Below, piece by piece: positions 45,029 through 55,141 of a stretch of DNA of 64,000 nt. The translations under genes were made by a program, and so were the position numbers. The DNA lies in the sequence record MN871440.1; one strand, given 5' to 3'. The notes beneath the pieces were generated by a model, which worked only from the letters and a program-made list of their open reading frames with translations, was not told where the DNA came from and made no database searches. The number at the start of each line of letters is the position of its first letter. Positions within the stretch are counted from its first letter, which is position 1.

Positions 45029-45274
45029 CTACATCATCTTCTCCGATATCTCGGTAGTTTTCTCTTGTTGCTTCTGTAGATAATCAATCTTGATATCTTG
45101 ATTGATATTCGATGCGTCGTTCTGATTAATACGCTGTTCAACGCGATCCATTCTGTCGATTACTTTCGTGATCGCTTCTTCTGCCGAACCAATACGATAC
45201 CCACCAATAAAGACTCCACCAACTACAGTGCCGATTGCGATCCAATCGCTTAGGCTTAACTTGGAAGTAATCAT
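45029..45274 (-). CDS. Holin-like single-TM coiled-coil protein; frame continues past TAG to TGA at 44945
   Basis: ATG 45274 just after lysozyme stop; TM DWIAIGTVVGGVFIGGY then heptads; holin role inferred from position only. Confidence 0.6.
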   Translation of the reverse strand: MITSKLSLSDWIAIGTVVGGVFIGGYRIGSAEEAITKVIDRMDRVEQRINQNDASNINQDIKIDYLQKQQEKTTEISEKMM

Positions 45275-45276
45275 AA

Positions 45277-45774
45277 TCAAAATCCATATGGAGCATAAGA
45301 CCCCAGTTTCAAAACGCTGGCAACGCGATTGGCGCGGTTTGGTGTCTGCTTTGCCCATGAGCTATCAAGAGCTTGCTTATATGCCATGTTCCAGTCTTTC
45401 GCTTTCAGTGCGCGAAGCATACCCGGGAACTTAGACACACCGATGGCTCCCATTTGAAATACCATGTTTTCGATAGCAGTCTTACGCACTGCATCAAGTT
45501 CGACGTAAACGCTCGCCAAAGCAGGCACAGCCATCATGGTGCGCTGTATCGCTGCTAAGTCACGTTCGAACAACGCAAGCACTTCCGCTCCGCTGATCTT
45601 CCCGTCATTTACGATTCTACCAACATGGGAACTCAATTCGCGATTGATTTCTCCCATATCTCTAGTTTTCTTTTTCAGAATAAGGTGTCCGATACCGATA
45701 GTTGGATATCCTTCTGTGTCCCAATATACCGTTTCTTTATATCCCTCGTCCTGCTTTAGCATTTGTGCAAGCAT
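45277..45774 (-). CDS. e: T4-type lysozyme (endolysin)
   Basis: DEG..VYWDTEGYPTIGIGH catalytic E/D/T, NMVFQMG, WAKQTPNRANRV; GGAGG RBS before ATG 45774. Confidence 0.92.
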   Translation of the reverse strand: MLAQMLKQDEGYKETVYWDTEGYPTIGIGHLILKKKTRDMGEINRELSSHVGRIVNDGKISGAEVLALFERDLAAIQRTMMAVPALASVYVELDAVRKTAIENMVFQMGAIGVSKFPGMLRALKAKDWNMAYKQALDSSWAKQTPNRANRVASVLKLGSYAPYGF

Positions 45775-45775
45775 T

Positions 45776-46306
45776 TTAACCTCCGTCAAATGGATTTAAT
45801 GTAAATACAAACTTCTTCCTTTCGTGCCATGTTCCAGATGTTGCTAGACCAACTATTTTCCAACCAAATCGGAAATAAAATTGTTTGCCGAAAATACTAG
45901 GCTTTCTAACAAAGAACTGAAAATGACCGTCGGGTTGAGTAATAAAATACCACCCGAATCCATGCTCCTGACCGTTTGTATAACCCAATGAACCTTTCCA
46001 ATTAAACTCTGGTGTCTTAGGTTGATAAGCTAATACAGTCCACGCAAATCCGTATGCTGGGTTTCTAATAAGCCACAAGACTCGTTGAATATAACGGGGA
46101 TATCCTTGACAACGTTCTACGTGACCACTATCGCCGTCTAAGGGAGCGTCTGGCGTTTGATACCAGCTCAACCAACTCGGTAGTGTGTCTTTATTTATAG
46201 CGAATAACGGAAGCACTGGTGATAAGATCCAGCACGTTAGGCACATAAACAAATGAATAGGCAACAAAACAATATGTTGTACCATTCTCATTAATACTAA
46301 GTTCAT
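45776..46306 (-). CDS. Hypothetical membrane-anchored, Trp-rich protein
   Basis: N-terminal hydrophobic segment, LPSWLSWYQTPDAPLDGD, WLIRNPAYGF; ACTAAATA late promoter at 46351-46358. Confidence 0.8.
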   Translation of the reverse strand: MNLVLMRMVQHIVLLPIHLFMCLTCWILSPVLPLFAINKDTLPSWLSWYQTPDAPLDGDSGHVERCQGYPRYIQRVLWLIRNPAYGFAWTVLAYQPKTPEFNWKGSLGYTNGQEHGFGWYFITQPDGHFQFFVRKPSIFGKQFYFRFGWKIVGLATSGTWHERKKFVFTLNPFDGG

Positions 46307-46324
46307 TTGATCTCCTTATAAAAG

Positions 46325-46348
46325 AAAAGAGGGCCGAAGCCCTCTTTT
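46325..46348 (-). terminator. Rho-independent terminator
   Basis: aaaagagggc-cgaa-gccctctttt (UUCG loop on minus strand). Confidence 0.8.
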
Positions 46349-46360
46349 GTTATTTAGTGA

Positions 46361-49300
46361 TTAGTTCACTGTTCCCATGTTATATCCAAACACTCTACGC
46401 ATACGACTGTTTTCATAGCTAGTTGCGAACGATCTATTATCAGCGGCAAATCTACCCATCCACTGAATACCGCCAGCACCGCCAGAGATATCATAGTTGA
46501 CGCCTATTGATTGGTTTATCTCCAAATCGTATCTTGAGAATGTCTTGGTAGTTAGTCCACCGTAATCATCCCACAATACACAGAAGCAAACGAAGTCAAA
46601 ATCCGACCACGGTCTGGTTAGAGTAAAGTTTCCCTTGTCAATATTACCGTCCCAAATAATAACAGCGTCTCTTGCTCTCAAATTCGCGTGATTGTGATGA
46701 CCAGCTGGAACTGGGTTACTCGCTGAATAACATCTGTTTCCACTATCATAAACACCAGCCGGCGCTTTAAAGTTCCCATTGATATCAAAGTAAAACGCCG
46801 CTTGTACCCCGGCAGAGTTACTTTCTGCCGAACCAACGCGAATAACGCCTTGACCCCAAGTTCCACCGGAACGCAATACACCAAAATCAACGTCAGTTGT
46901 ATATCCAGAACCAGTCACCCAACCTCTACTACGAACAAGTGGGTAATAATCACTTCCACCCGCAACGGCACCATAACTAACTTGGAATGGAGCAGTGGTA
47001 GAAAACTGACCGGCATAATCATGTCGATAATTTGCAGACCAAGCAGCACCGTTCATTTCCATAGTTGAATTTCCGATAGACACAATACGAGACGCTTCTG
47101 TGAATGATCCGTTCGATGTACCGATATTCAACTGTCCGGTTCCACCATCCATCCACATAATTCGAGCATGTTTTCCCGGCGTATGGAATTCAAGAATGTT
47201 ATGACTGGTCGAGTTAATCTGGAATCTACCGCTATTTACCCATGTTGGTTTACTGATGTTAACTTTATCGGCAGAAATCTTCATTGCACTTAATGTTCCA
47301 TCACCCCACGGTGTTGCACCAACTCCAAGATAAATGCCGTCAACTTTATCGCCTTCGCCATTAAACCCAATACCAGCACTAATAGCACCAGCAGAGTTTA
47401 CAGCACGTAAACCACGAGCCCATCCTCCAACAAATCCAGTGTGATTAACGAAGTAATCACCGTTTCCGTTTTTGCCATTAATCTCAAATCCATGAGTTGC
47501 GGTAACAGTTTTATTTTCGTTAAACTGTAATGCTCTATATGCATAATCAACACTGATATAAGGAGTTTTATCATCACCAACTTCAAGTGCAAGTTTTCTG
47601 GTATTTGAATTAACACCGATAGCGGTGTTTGATGTTATCATTTTGGTGTTAGTCAAGTTACCAATCATATTAACGGCACCATCACTTCCGATACTCAGAA
47701 CATTATTCTGACCAGTTGTTCCTTGACTTATCTTGAATAGATTACCTTCGGAAAACAAATGGAACCAAGTATTCGCACCATCAACAAATTTAACACTTGC
47801 TTTGTCCATCAAGTTAATAGCACCCTTGATCTTCGGCAGTGTCAACGCGCCAGTCATGGTATCACCAGCGCGAGAAACTAAGTTCAAATCCGTATTAGTT
47901 GGTTTGTTTTTGCTGTGATATACATCACCACCACCAACTTGCAGGATTCCACCAACAACATTAAGCTTACCAGCTTCGTAGCAATCTAGTCTAACATCAA
48001 AATCTTTTGTGCTTCCAACTGTATGAAAATCAATATAACGAGCAATTTCAAATACACCATCGCCACCAACTCTCGTAATCTTGCCCAATAGTCCGGTGTA
48101 ATCAGAACTAGCAGCAACATCAGATTTATTCACTTTAGTTGCAATTAATGCGTCAACATAATCTTTCCGTGTGCTAGATGCCGCATTTGTGGATTGCGCT
48201 GTTGTCTGAATAAAGTTTTGTGCAAATACATCGCCTTGAACATCAAGCCAAGCATTACTTGCACCTTTATTATCAGCTGGTTTAAGAACTCTTAATCCAT
48301 ACCCAGCTCTGTATTCATCGTGAACTGAATGCATTAACTCAACGTGTTGATCCCCAGTAGCATGTTCGAATCTAATACGACCATAGTTTTCTGCTTTATC
48401 AACAGCAGATCCAGCGGCGTTTTTCAGAATCAATGCGGCTTGTTCTTTCTCGATTTTGAGATCGCCGGTCATTGGAATAGAACCATCGGCAACTAGAACT
48501 CTGCGATTGCGATCATATACCTCACCACTTCTAATTGCGAATTTAGGCATGATTTCATCAATAACACCTTGATCTGCTTCCGCTTTAGTTCTTGTCAAAA
48601 ACTCTTTCTTATCAGGAGCAACATAACGTTCCAAATTAACTGTAATATCAACGCCGTTAATTCCTTCTTCACTCTGATACCAGTATTCAGCACCACCACC
48701 TCGCAACCAAACAACCAAATAACCAGTTGTCAACGTCATACCACCACAAACTGTTGTGTAAGTTGCACTAAAGTCGGTCACGGTGATTGCTTTTGAGTTT
48801 CCACCCCATTCGGAATCTCCACTCCATATAAACGATAGTGTTAGTCCGCCTCTATGAGTTTTGTTATTCCAAGTCTTGGGTGCTTTTGCATCATATGAGC
48901 GAGATATACAATAACGTTTTGTACCAAACCCGCGAGTCGTGTATGGAATCGTTACTGGATAAAATGTATCAGCATCACCACCAACTTCGAATTTGGTTTT
49001 ATATTGATATCCAAAATCAGTAAACTCGTTAGCATTCTCAATCCAGCCAGTCCATGACATAGCATCATCATTGCGAGTTCTGGTATAACTAATCCCAGTT
49101 CTTTGATCTGTTGCTAATTGAGTGACGAAAGTGTGTCTATCTTTATCAGCGCCAATAACACTCATAGTACCATAATCAAATGGTGGCGGGTTTTTAGATC
49201 CAGTTGCCTTAGCAAGATACAAGTTATAATCGCCAGTGCTTTCCAGTTCATCAAAGTTGATTGGTCCTCTCAACATTTTAGACTTGCCTTCAAGACCAAT

Positions 49301-50434
49301 GCGATCTTTAATACTAGCCCACGGAATAAATCCATCAGTATCAACTAGAACACGGTTTGTATTAGTCCATTTCATTGGCGCATACAGCAATACGTTTTTA
49401 GTCGTAAACTCTTCTGATGTTGTGTTATAACCAACATACAGATCGCCCCCTGCTCCACCAAGAGTAACGTTGCCATTATTATGATCTCTCAGAATAGAAT
49501 ATTCTTTACTGTTATACAGTGATTTGATACCACCGGTGCCTTCAATCTTAATAAACCCATTGTTCTTCATGTTGCCACCGGAACGACTCAATGCATCGGC
49601 GGGTAGATCATCAAGTTTAACTTTGTCTTGTGCGCTCATACTACCAGCAGCGGTACGAGTTGCCTGATTGATTGCCAGCGTTGGGTTAACGCCACCAGTA
49701 GTAGTCAGTGGGGCAGTTGTACCGATGCTCTGTACCGCAGTCCCAACCTTTGTATCGACGTATTTCTTGTTTGTCGCGTGAGTATCAGCAGTCGGCTGAT
49801 CTTGAATAACAGGCAAGTCGGTAAACGTCTTAGTGCCAGCGATATTCTGATTGCCAGTAATCTTAACGTTCTGCGCATTCAGAGTATTAATTCTGGTATT
49901 AGCAGTAGCTAAATCGGCAGTGAGTTTATCAGTTGTTGTTTCGGCAAATGTCATTGCGCGATTGATTTCTTTATCGACGTAATCTTTGCGCGTTGCATTT
50001 GCATCTGCGGATGGAGTCGTCGCTTGAATATAGATTTGACCGTCTTTAAATGAAGTGTAATTAGCATGTTTGTTTGTGTAGATACGCATTTCACCAGAAT
50101 CATTTGTAAGAACTTGAATACCAGCACGTTGACTTCCGTCACGTTTGCGACTTGCAAGCAGCCAATGAGCACCAGCGGTATTATCTTTGTCCATTCCAAA
50201 TGCTGGTTGAGCGACCGAACCCCAAGAAGTATCATTACCAACTGCGGTAAATCTTCCTTTTGTATCAACATCACCAGCTAGTGACAGTGTACCATTAATT
50301 GTCTGACCACCCTTAGAAGTGATCATGTCGAATTCTTTGTAAAATAGGCTATCGTCCAGAGGATTTAATTCTAGAATGCCTTGGTGCCAGATTAGATTTC
50401 CGCCAATCTGTGACCCTAATTTAAGATCTGCCAT
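46361..50434 (-). CDS. Distal long tail fibre B (gp36-like N-terminus, no S74 chaperone)
   Basis: MADLKLGSQIGGNLIWHQG start, TRKDYVD and GDTMTG fibre repeats; own TCTAAATA late promoter 50459-50466. Confidence 0.85.
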   Translation of the reverse strand: MADLKLGSQIGGNLIWHQGILELNPLDDSLFYKEFDMITSKGGQTINGTLSLAGDVDTKGRFTAVGNDTSWGSVAQPAFGMDKDNTAGAHWLLASRKRDGSQRAGIQVLTNDSGEMRIYTNKHANYTSFKDGQIYIQATTPSADANATRKDYVDKEINRAMTFAETTTDKLTADLATANTRINTLNAQNVKITGNQNIAGTKTFTDLPVIQDQPTADTHATNKKYVDTKVGTAVQSIGTTAPLTTTGGVNPTLAINQATRTAAGSMSAQDKVKLDDLPADALSRSGGNMKNNGFIKIEGTGGIKSLYNSKEYSILRDHNNGNVTLGGAGGDLYVGYNTTSEEFTTKNVLLYAPMKWTNTNRVLVDTDGFIPWASIKDRIGLEGKSKMLRGPINFDELESTGDYNLYLAKATGSKNPPPFDYGTMSVIGADKDRHTFVTQLATDQRTGISYTRTRNDDAMSWTGWIENANEFTDFGYQYKTKFEVGGDADTFYPVTIPYTTRGFGTKRYCISRSYDAKAPKTWNNKTHRGGLTLSFIWSGDSEWGGNSKAITVTDFSATYTTVCGGMTLTTGYLVVWLRGGGAEYWYQSEEGINGVDITVNLERYVAPDKKEFLTRTKAEADQGVIDEIMPKFAIRSGEVYDRNRRVLVADGSIPMTGDLKIEKEQAALILKNAAGSAVDKAENYGRIRFEHATGDQHVELMHSVHDEYRAGYGLRVLKPADNKGASNAWLDVQGDVFAQNFIQTTAQSTNAASSTRKDYVDALIATKVNKSDVAASSDYTGLLGKITRVGGDGVFEIARYIDFHTVGSTKDFDVRLDCYEAGKLNVVGGILQVGGGDVYHSKNKPTNTDLNLVSRAGDTMTGALTLPKIKGAINLMDKASVKFVDGANTWFHLFSEGNLFKISQGTTGQNNVLSIGSDGAVNMIGNLTNTKMITSNTAIGVNSNTRKLALEVGDDKTPYISVDYAYRALQFNENKTVTATHGFEINGKNGNGDYFVNHTGFVGGWARGLRAVNSAGAISAGIGFNGEGDKVDGIYLGVGATPWGDGTLSAMKISADKVNISKPTWVNSGRFQINSTSHNILEFHTPGKHARIMWMDGGTGQLNIGTSNGSFTEASRIVSIGNSTMEMNGAAWSANYRHDYAGQFSTTAPFQVSYGAVAGGSDYYPLVRSRGWVTGSGYTTDVDFGVLRSGGTWGQGVIRVGSAESNSAGVQAAFYFDINGNFKAPAGVYDSGNRCYSASNPVPAGHHNHANLRARDAVIIWDGNIDKGNFTLTRPWSDFDFVCFCVLWDDYGGLTTKTFSRYDLEINQSIGVNYDISGGAGGIQWMGRFAADNRSFATSYENSRMRRVFGYNMGTVN

Positions 50435-50472
50435 TGTGACTCCTCTCGTTTATAGTCATATTTAGATAAAAT

Positions 50473-50492
50473 AAAAGGAGCCGAAGCTCCTT
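50473..50492 (-). terminator. Rho-independent terminator after gp38
   Basis: aaggagc-ttcg-gctcctttt on minus strand. Confidence 0.8.
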
Positions 50493-50493
50493 A

Positions 50494-50946
50494 TTATCCA
50501 GTGAAAGTCCAATCATATCGTTTCTGTGGTGAAAATGGCGCGTTACCAAAAGTAACAAACGCTTTTCCGCCATTGCTCCACGCTTTTCTAATCTTAACTG
50601 CGGCCGTGCTCATTCTTTGCCACGTATTAGCGGCAATGCCATCAGCTATCATCGCACCTTCAAATCTAATATAGATCCATGGGTTGCCAGCAATAACAGC
50701 ATATTGAGCTGTAGAGCCATATGGTCCACCATGTTTGATTATAGTGTTGGTGCCATCAAACCAGAAATCAACCGGAACAAAGTTAGCGTATCTCGGCGCC
50801 TCAATTAAATTCAAGAATGCTTTTTCAACGAGTTCACTTATCATACCAGCGGCTGGTAATCCAGCTTGTGTTCTCATATTAGATCCCCAGCCGTTTGCTC
50901 GAAATTCTGCGTTGGCAGTTGTAAGCCAGAAAGGTAATGCTACCAT
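50494..50946 (-). CDS. 38: gp38-like tail fibre adhesin (short, 150 aa)
   Basis: Follows S74-bearing fibre; Trp-containing N-terminus (PFWL..NGWGSNM..AGL..GMISEL) like T2-type gp38 attachment domain. Confidence 0.6.
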   Translation of the reverse strand: MVALPFWLTTANAEFRANGWGSNMRTQAGLPAAGMISELVEKAFLNLIEAPRYANFVPVDFWFDGTNTIIKHGGPYGSTAQYAVIAGNPWIYIRFEGAMIADGIAANTWQRMSTAAVKIRKAWSNGGKAFVTFGNAPFSPQKRYDWTFTG

Positions 50947-50975
50947 AATAATAACGGGATTTCTCCCCGTCCTCC

Positions 50976-53900
50976 TTAGTTAATGTTAAGTTTAGATTTA
51001 AGTTCGTTCAACTCGGCTCTAAGTTCTTTGATTGCTTCTACCAACAGCGCGTTAACGCCAGAGTTAGAAACAGTCAGATACTCGATTGCATTTGGATTCA
51101 TAGAATCTTTCGCTGTTCCAGTAGCTTCTGGCAATACTGCTTTCAAACGTTGTGCGATAATACCCGCTTCGCGAGTTGTTTTGCCAACTTTGTCATATAT
51201 ACAACCAGAAAGAGAATCAACTTTGTCCAAAGCATTCAAAATTGGCTCAAAATTAGATTTCAATCTTTCATCTGAACGAACTTGAACGTCGTTGAAATTA
51301 CCGTTACCAGCAGCATACACACCACCCGATGTACTCAATGCATCGCCTTCTGTATTCGCAACATAAAACTTTTTGCCGTTATACGCACGGAGCCAAGTTG
51401 TGTCGGTCATGTGAATACCGCCGCTGTATGTCGCGTTAAACCAACCGGAGTTACCTGTAGTTCTAATCCAGTTACTTAGAGTTAATGTTCCGTGAGTGGA
51501 ACCCTCATACATTACGCGAGCGCCATTAATCTGCAATTCTTTGTTCATGTAGAAACTTGGTCTATCTGTGTAAATGTGAGCATAACCGGTATTCTGTGCC
51601 CCGATATCAATACTGCCGTTTGTGCTAACAATCTGCAACTGCTTTGATCCGCCAACCATCAATCTAGTTGTAAAATCTTCGGTACTGTTTGTGTCGTGAA
51701 AATCGATGTATTTTCCAATTTCCATAACTCCATTATTACCGATGTAAGGAATCTTACCGACAATTTCATTCCAAGCTGAACTTAGTTTAAAGTTAACATC
51801 GTTTGTGTTAACTTGACGTCTCCATCCAGGTGAATGTGTCGGCCCATGGTTAACATAGATAAACTCGCAACTAGCGTTGTCTTGTGCATTCGGCAACTTG
51901 GTTCCAGTTGTTGTTGGTGTAATAATACGGATAATGTATTGCGATGTTCCGATTACCTCAACAACACAACCAGCTAAGTGAATATTACCATATCCAGTGT
52001 CGGTCAAAACGTTATTACCGGCATAGTTCCAAGTCACTTTACCACACCAATGAACAGTTTTAAATGCGCCCATTGCAGATAGCAATTGAAGGAATCTAGC
52101 TGTTGTAATACCAGTCTCACCCGCAGTCTTACCGCCATCAGCGAAACTAATTTCTTGTCCAGTTACATTCACGTTTGTTTTTGCAAATACATCACCTCCA
52201 GAAGAAATATTACTCGCCACGTTAAGAGCGCCGGCTGGCATAGTGATTGCTCTATCGTTTTCAAATCTAATTGCTTGATATGTCGCATCTACTGAAATGT
52301 AAGGAACTTTAGTTGTTGTATCAACTTCCATTGCCAAAATGCGATCATTTTTAGCAACTGCGACATAACTATCACCAACAAGAGCACCAGTTGCAAGTCT
52401 TCTGTCCGGTGTGACTCGCATAATGTACTTGTCATTCAGTCTAACTCCAAATCCCGCGGAAGGTTTACTACCGGATCTAATGTGTCCGAAAACAAGATTA
52501 TCATCATACCACTGCGAAGTGATTCCACCAATAATACGCTCACCGCCGGTATTGCCTGTATATTCTGTTGTAGCGTTAGTCAACTTGACAGCGTTAGATT
52601 CTCTCGCCTTTAGAATAACATCGTGTGCGAATGTTGATCCTTCCAGTTTGATATTCAGAACTTCGTGTTTTGGTCCAGTTGTGTTGTGCATCCTAAACTT
52701 GAAATACTCGATTCCGTTATCACCGGTTTCAAACCACATGTAACTATCTGCATCTGCGTCCGAGTCGTTCTTGAATCCAATCTTTGCCCAGTCTGTATTT
52801 CTTGACCAAATCAATTGACTATCATTGGTGAATGTCAGATTACCAGTCATGCTATCGCCAACTTTATTAACAGCAGCCGATGGAAGACCATCTAATTTGG
52901 CTTTATCAGCCGCACTCATTGCGCCATCGATTTTGTTTGTTGCGTTGATCAAGCTAATTACAGGGTTAATACCACCGGTGCTCTTAACTGCGCCAGTAGC
53001 TGTTACACTTTGAACCGCGGTACCCACTTTCTGATCAACGTAATCTTTGCGTGTGAGCGCATTTGATGCGTCTTTCTGAGGTACGTTTGTATAAACACCA
53101 TTGCTATCGATCCACAATGGAGCAATGTAAGCACCGCCATCAGTTTTAACACCACTCAAGAAATCAAGGCGATCCGTTGCGATGTTTCCTGTTGTTGCCT
53201 GACGGATGAAGAATCTATTGTCGCCGCTTCTTTGAAACGCAATATAGTTCGGGCCATCATCGGTACAATTCAGAGTCAGCATATTGTCATAAGTGCTTTC
53301 AATTACAATGTTAGGAACTTTGAGTGTGCCTGTCATTGTATCGCCTTTCTTATCAACAAACTGAACAGGATAAGCTTCGCCGTAGAATTCTTTCCATTCT
53401 AACCATCCTGTAGATGATCTTCCTCTCGTGAATTTACGTCCGGTGAATGTGGTATATTCTTGTTGCACTCCGTTAGCCGAACGTATTACGAACAATGTAC
53501 CGGCAAGTTCAACTGGATAATGCTTTTTCGGAGTAGCATTTACGTTTGCACTCTGGAAATAAGAGCCAGGAATTACTACAGAATCCAAATCCACACTAAG
53601 AACAGTCCTAACATCAGCAATAGCTTGAACATCATCCGCAGTTGGTTTATTCCATTCACCGTATGTTTCTCTGCTATTGAATAACAGTTTTCCGTCCAGT
53701 GCTCTCAAAATATCATAATCAGCTTGGACGTTACTATTACCATTTTTTCCGGTTTTGGGGAAAAGAATACCTTCGTTATCAACATCCGATGGATCATTAA
53801 ACGCAAGCATATTAATTCCACCAAGAGAACCGTTATTTAAATTGATAGAATGCGGTGTCCCTAGTTTGTATGCATCCGTAACGTTGATATTCAATGTTCC

Positions 53901-55034
53901 AGTCATTGTATCGCCATCACGGGAAACCAAGTTCAATTCAACGTTAGTTGGCTTGTCTTGTTCGTGATAGATACGTGAGCTTGGAAGCCAAGTAGAGCGT
54001 CCGTGTCTGAACCACAACTGATTTTGATCGACGTCAGAACGCGACCCAGCAAATAAAGACCAAGACGCATATGTGCCGTCCCAACCCTTTATAGTGAATC
54101 CAGAAACCCAACCGGTACTAACATCAGTTTTGTTTGTGAAAAATGATGAAAACTCTCTATTTCCTTGACCGGAAGGACCTGACATTGTTACTCGTTCATC
54201 TTTTACCCGAATGAACTGTTTGTCGTTTACTTCTGCTTTGGTATAAGCATTCAGATCGCCCGGAGTTGGTTTATTAACTGAGCTATATACTTCTTTGTCT
54301 CCATCGACAAATAAACGTCCAACGGTATACATGTTCCCGCTACGCAAGTTAAACCAAATACTGTTTTCGCCATCAGCGACGGCTTTACCAACGCCAACAG
54401 TCGGACTAAAACCGACACCATACCAAGAGTTGATATTAATGTTGGTCTTATCTTTCAGTGCCGCGTCACCTTTACCGCCAAATACACCGCAGTTATTAGC
54501 AACGGATCCGCCTGAAAATTTAACTCGGATACCTTGATTATCTAAGTTGAAATCAAGATTACCAGTCATACCGTCGCCGGATTTATTAACTTTCTTCGCA
54601 TCTTCCGCGTTTACAAAGTCCTTTCTGGTGAATGAGTTTGATGCACTAGATTGTGCCGCATTAGTCAATACCGCTTCTTCGAAAATCGCACCGGTTCCGG
54701 ACAATTGCATTACCAAATCCGAATCTGTGTTCCCTGTCGAAATACGATATACGGAACCTTGAACGGTTTCGTGCCAAATAGCGTCAGTGTCGCCACTTCT
54801 GAACTTTCTTAAAAAGCTTTTTGTATTCTTAGCTTGAGTGGGCATACTAACCAAATCATATTTTGAACCGCCGACGTTGAAGTTAGTTGTTCCCAATAGA
54901 GTTTGATACCCTCTGGTAGTCATTATTTCTTGATCGCGATAGTTTAGCTTATCATCAACCGGATTCAATTCAAGAATCCCCTGATGCCAAACTAAGTTTC
55001 CGCCAATTTGCGTACCTAGTTTTAAATCTGCCAT
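50976..55034 (-). CDS. Distal long tail fibre A (gp36/gp37-like) with C-terminal peptidase S74 chaperone
   Basis: MADLKLGTQIGG start, WSRNTDWAKIGFKND gp37 motif, SDERLKSN..EAGIIAQ S74 domain. Confidence 0.88.
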   Translation of the reverse strand: MADLKLGTQIGGNLVWHQGILELNPVDDKLNYRDQEIMTTRGYQTLLGTTNFNVGGSKYDLVSMPTQAKNTKSFLRKFRSGDTDAIWHETVQGSVYRISTGNTDSDLVMQLSGTGAIFEEAVLTNAAQSSASNSFTRKDFVNAEDAKKVNKSGDGMTGNLDFNLDNQGIRVKFSGGSVANNCGVFGGKGDAALKDKTNININSWYGVGFSPTVGVGKAVADGENSIWFNLRSGNMYTVGRLFVDGDKEVYSSVNKPTPGDLNAYTKAEVNDKQFIRVKDERVTMSGPSGQGNREFSSFFTNKTDVSTGWVSGFTIKGWDGTYASWSLFAGSRSDVDQNQLWFRHGRSTWLPSSRIYHEQDKPTNVELNLVSRDGDTMTGTLNINVTDAYKLGTPHSINLNNGSLGGINMLAFNDPSDVDNEGILFPKTGKNGNSNVQADYDILRALDGKLLFNSRETYGEWNKPTADDVQAIADVRTVLSVDLDSVVIPGSYFQSANVNATPKKHYPVELAGTLFVIRSANGVQQEYTTFTGRKFTRGRSSTGWLEWKEFYGEAYPVQFVDKKGDTMTGTLKVPNIVIESTYDNMLTLNCTDDGPNYIAFQRSGDNRFFIRQATTGNIATDRLDFLSGVKTDGGAYIAPLWIDSNGVYTNVPQKDASNALTRKDYVDQKVGTAVQSVTATGAVKSTGGINPVISLINATNKIDGAMSAADKAKLDGLPSAAVNKVGDSMTGNLTFTNDSQLIWSRNTDWAKIGFKNDSDADADSYMWFETGDNGIEYFKFRMHNTTGPKHEVLNIKLEGSTFAHDVILKARESNAVKLTNATTEYTGNTGGERIIGGITSQWYDDNLVFGHIRSGSKPSAGFGVRLNDKYIMRVTPDRRLATGALVGDSYVAVAKNDRILAMEVDTTTKVPYISVDATYQAIRFENDRAITMPAGALNVASNISSGGDVFAKTNVNVTGQEISFADGGKTAGETGITTARFLQLLSAMGAFKTVHWCGKVTWNYAGNNVLTDTGYGNIHLAGCVVEVIGTSQYIIRIITPTTTGTKLPNAQDNASCEFIYVNHGPTHSPGWRRQVNTNDVNFKLSSAWNEIVGKIPYIGNNGVMEIGKYIDFHDTNSTEDFTTRLMVGGSKQLQIVSTNGSIDIGAQNTGYAHIYTDRPSFYMNKELQINGARVMYEGSTHGTLTLSNWIRTTGNSGWFNATYSGGIHMTDTTWLRAYNGKKFYVANTEGDALSTSGGVYAAGNGNFNDVQVRSDERLKSNFEPILNALDKVDSLSGCIYDKVGKTTREAGIIAQRLKAVLPEATGTAKDSMNPNAIEYLTVSNSGVNALLVEAIKELRAELNELKSKLNIN

Positions 55035-55059
55035 TGAAAAATCTCCGTGTTGTTTCACT

Positions 55060-55067
55060 TATTTATA
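55060..55067 (-). promoter_or_regulatory. T4 late promoter TATAAATA
   Basis: Perfect consensus upstream of fibre A, as for T4 gene 36. Confidence 0.85.
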
Positions 55068-55077
55068 AGCCCGATAT

Positions 55078-55103
55078 AAAAAAGCCCCAACCGAAGTTGG
55101 GGC
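55078..55103 (-). terminator. Rho-independent terminator after gp35
   Basis: gccccaac-ttcg-gttggggc plus T6 on minus strand. Confidence 0.85.
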
Positions 55104-55141
55104 AAAACCGCAGTCGCGGTAAGGGTACCGGGTAGGTACGA

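Noticed and set aside
46361-55034. Invertible or DGR-type tail-fibre switching
   Set aside because: Both fibres are co-oriented full genes; no recombinase, inverted crossover sites, reverse transcriptase or template/variable repeat pair
55089-55140. GC-rich tract with ccgcagtcgc matching repeat copy 1
   Set aside because: Only a 10-nt match, compatible with chance; none of the purine-tract core is present
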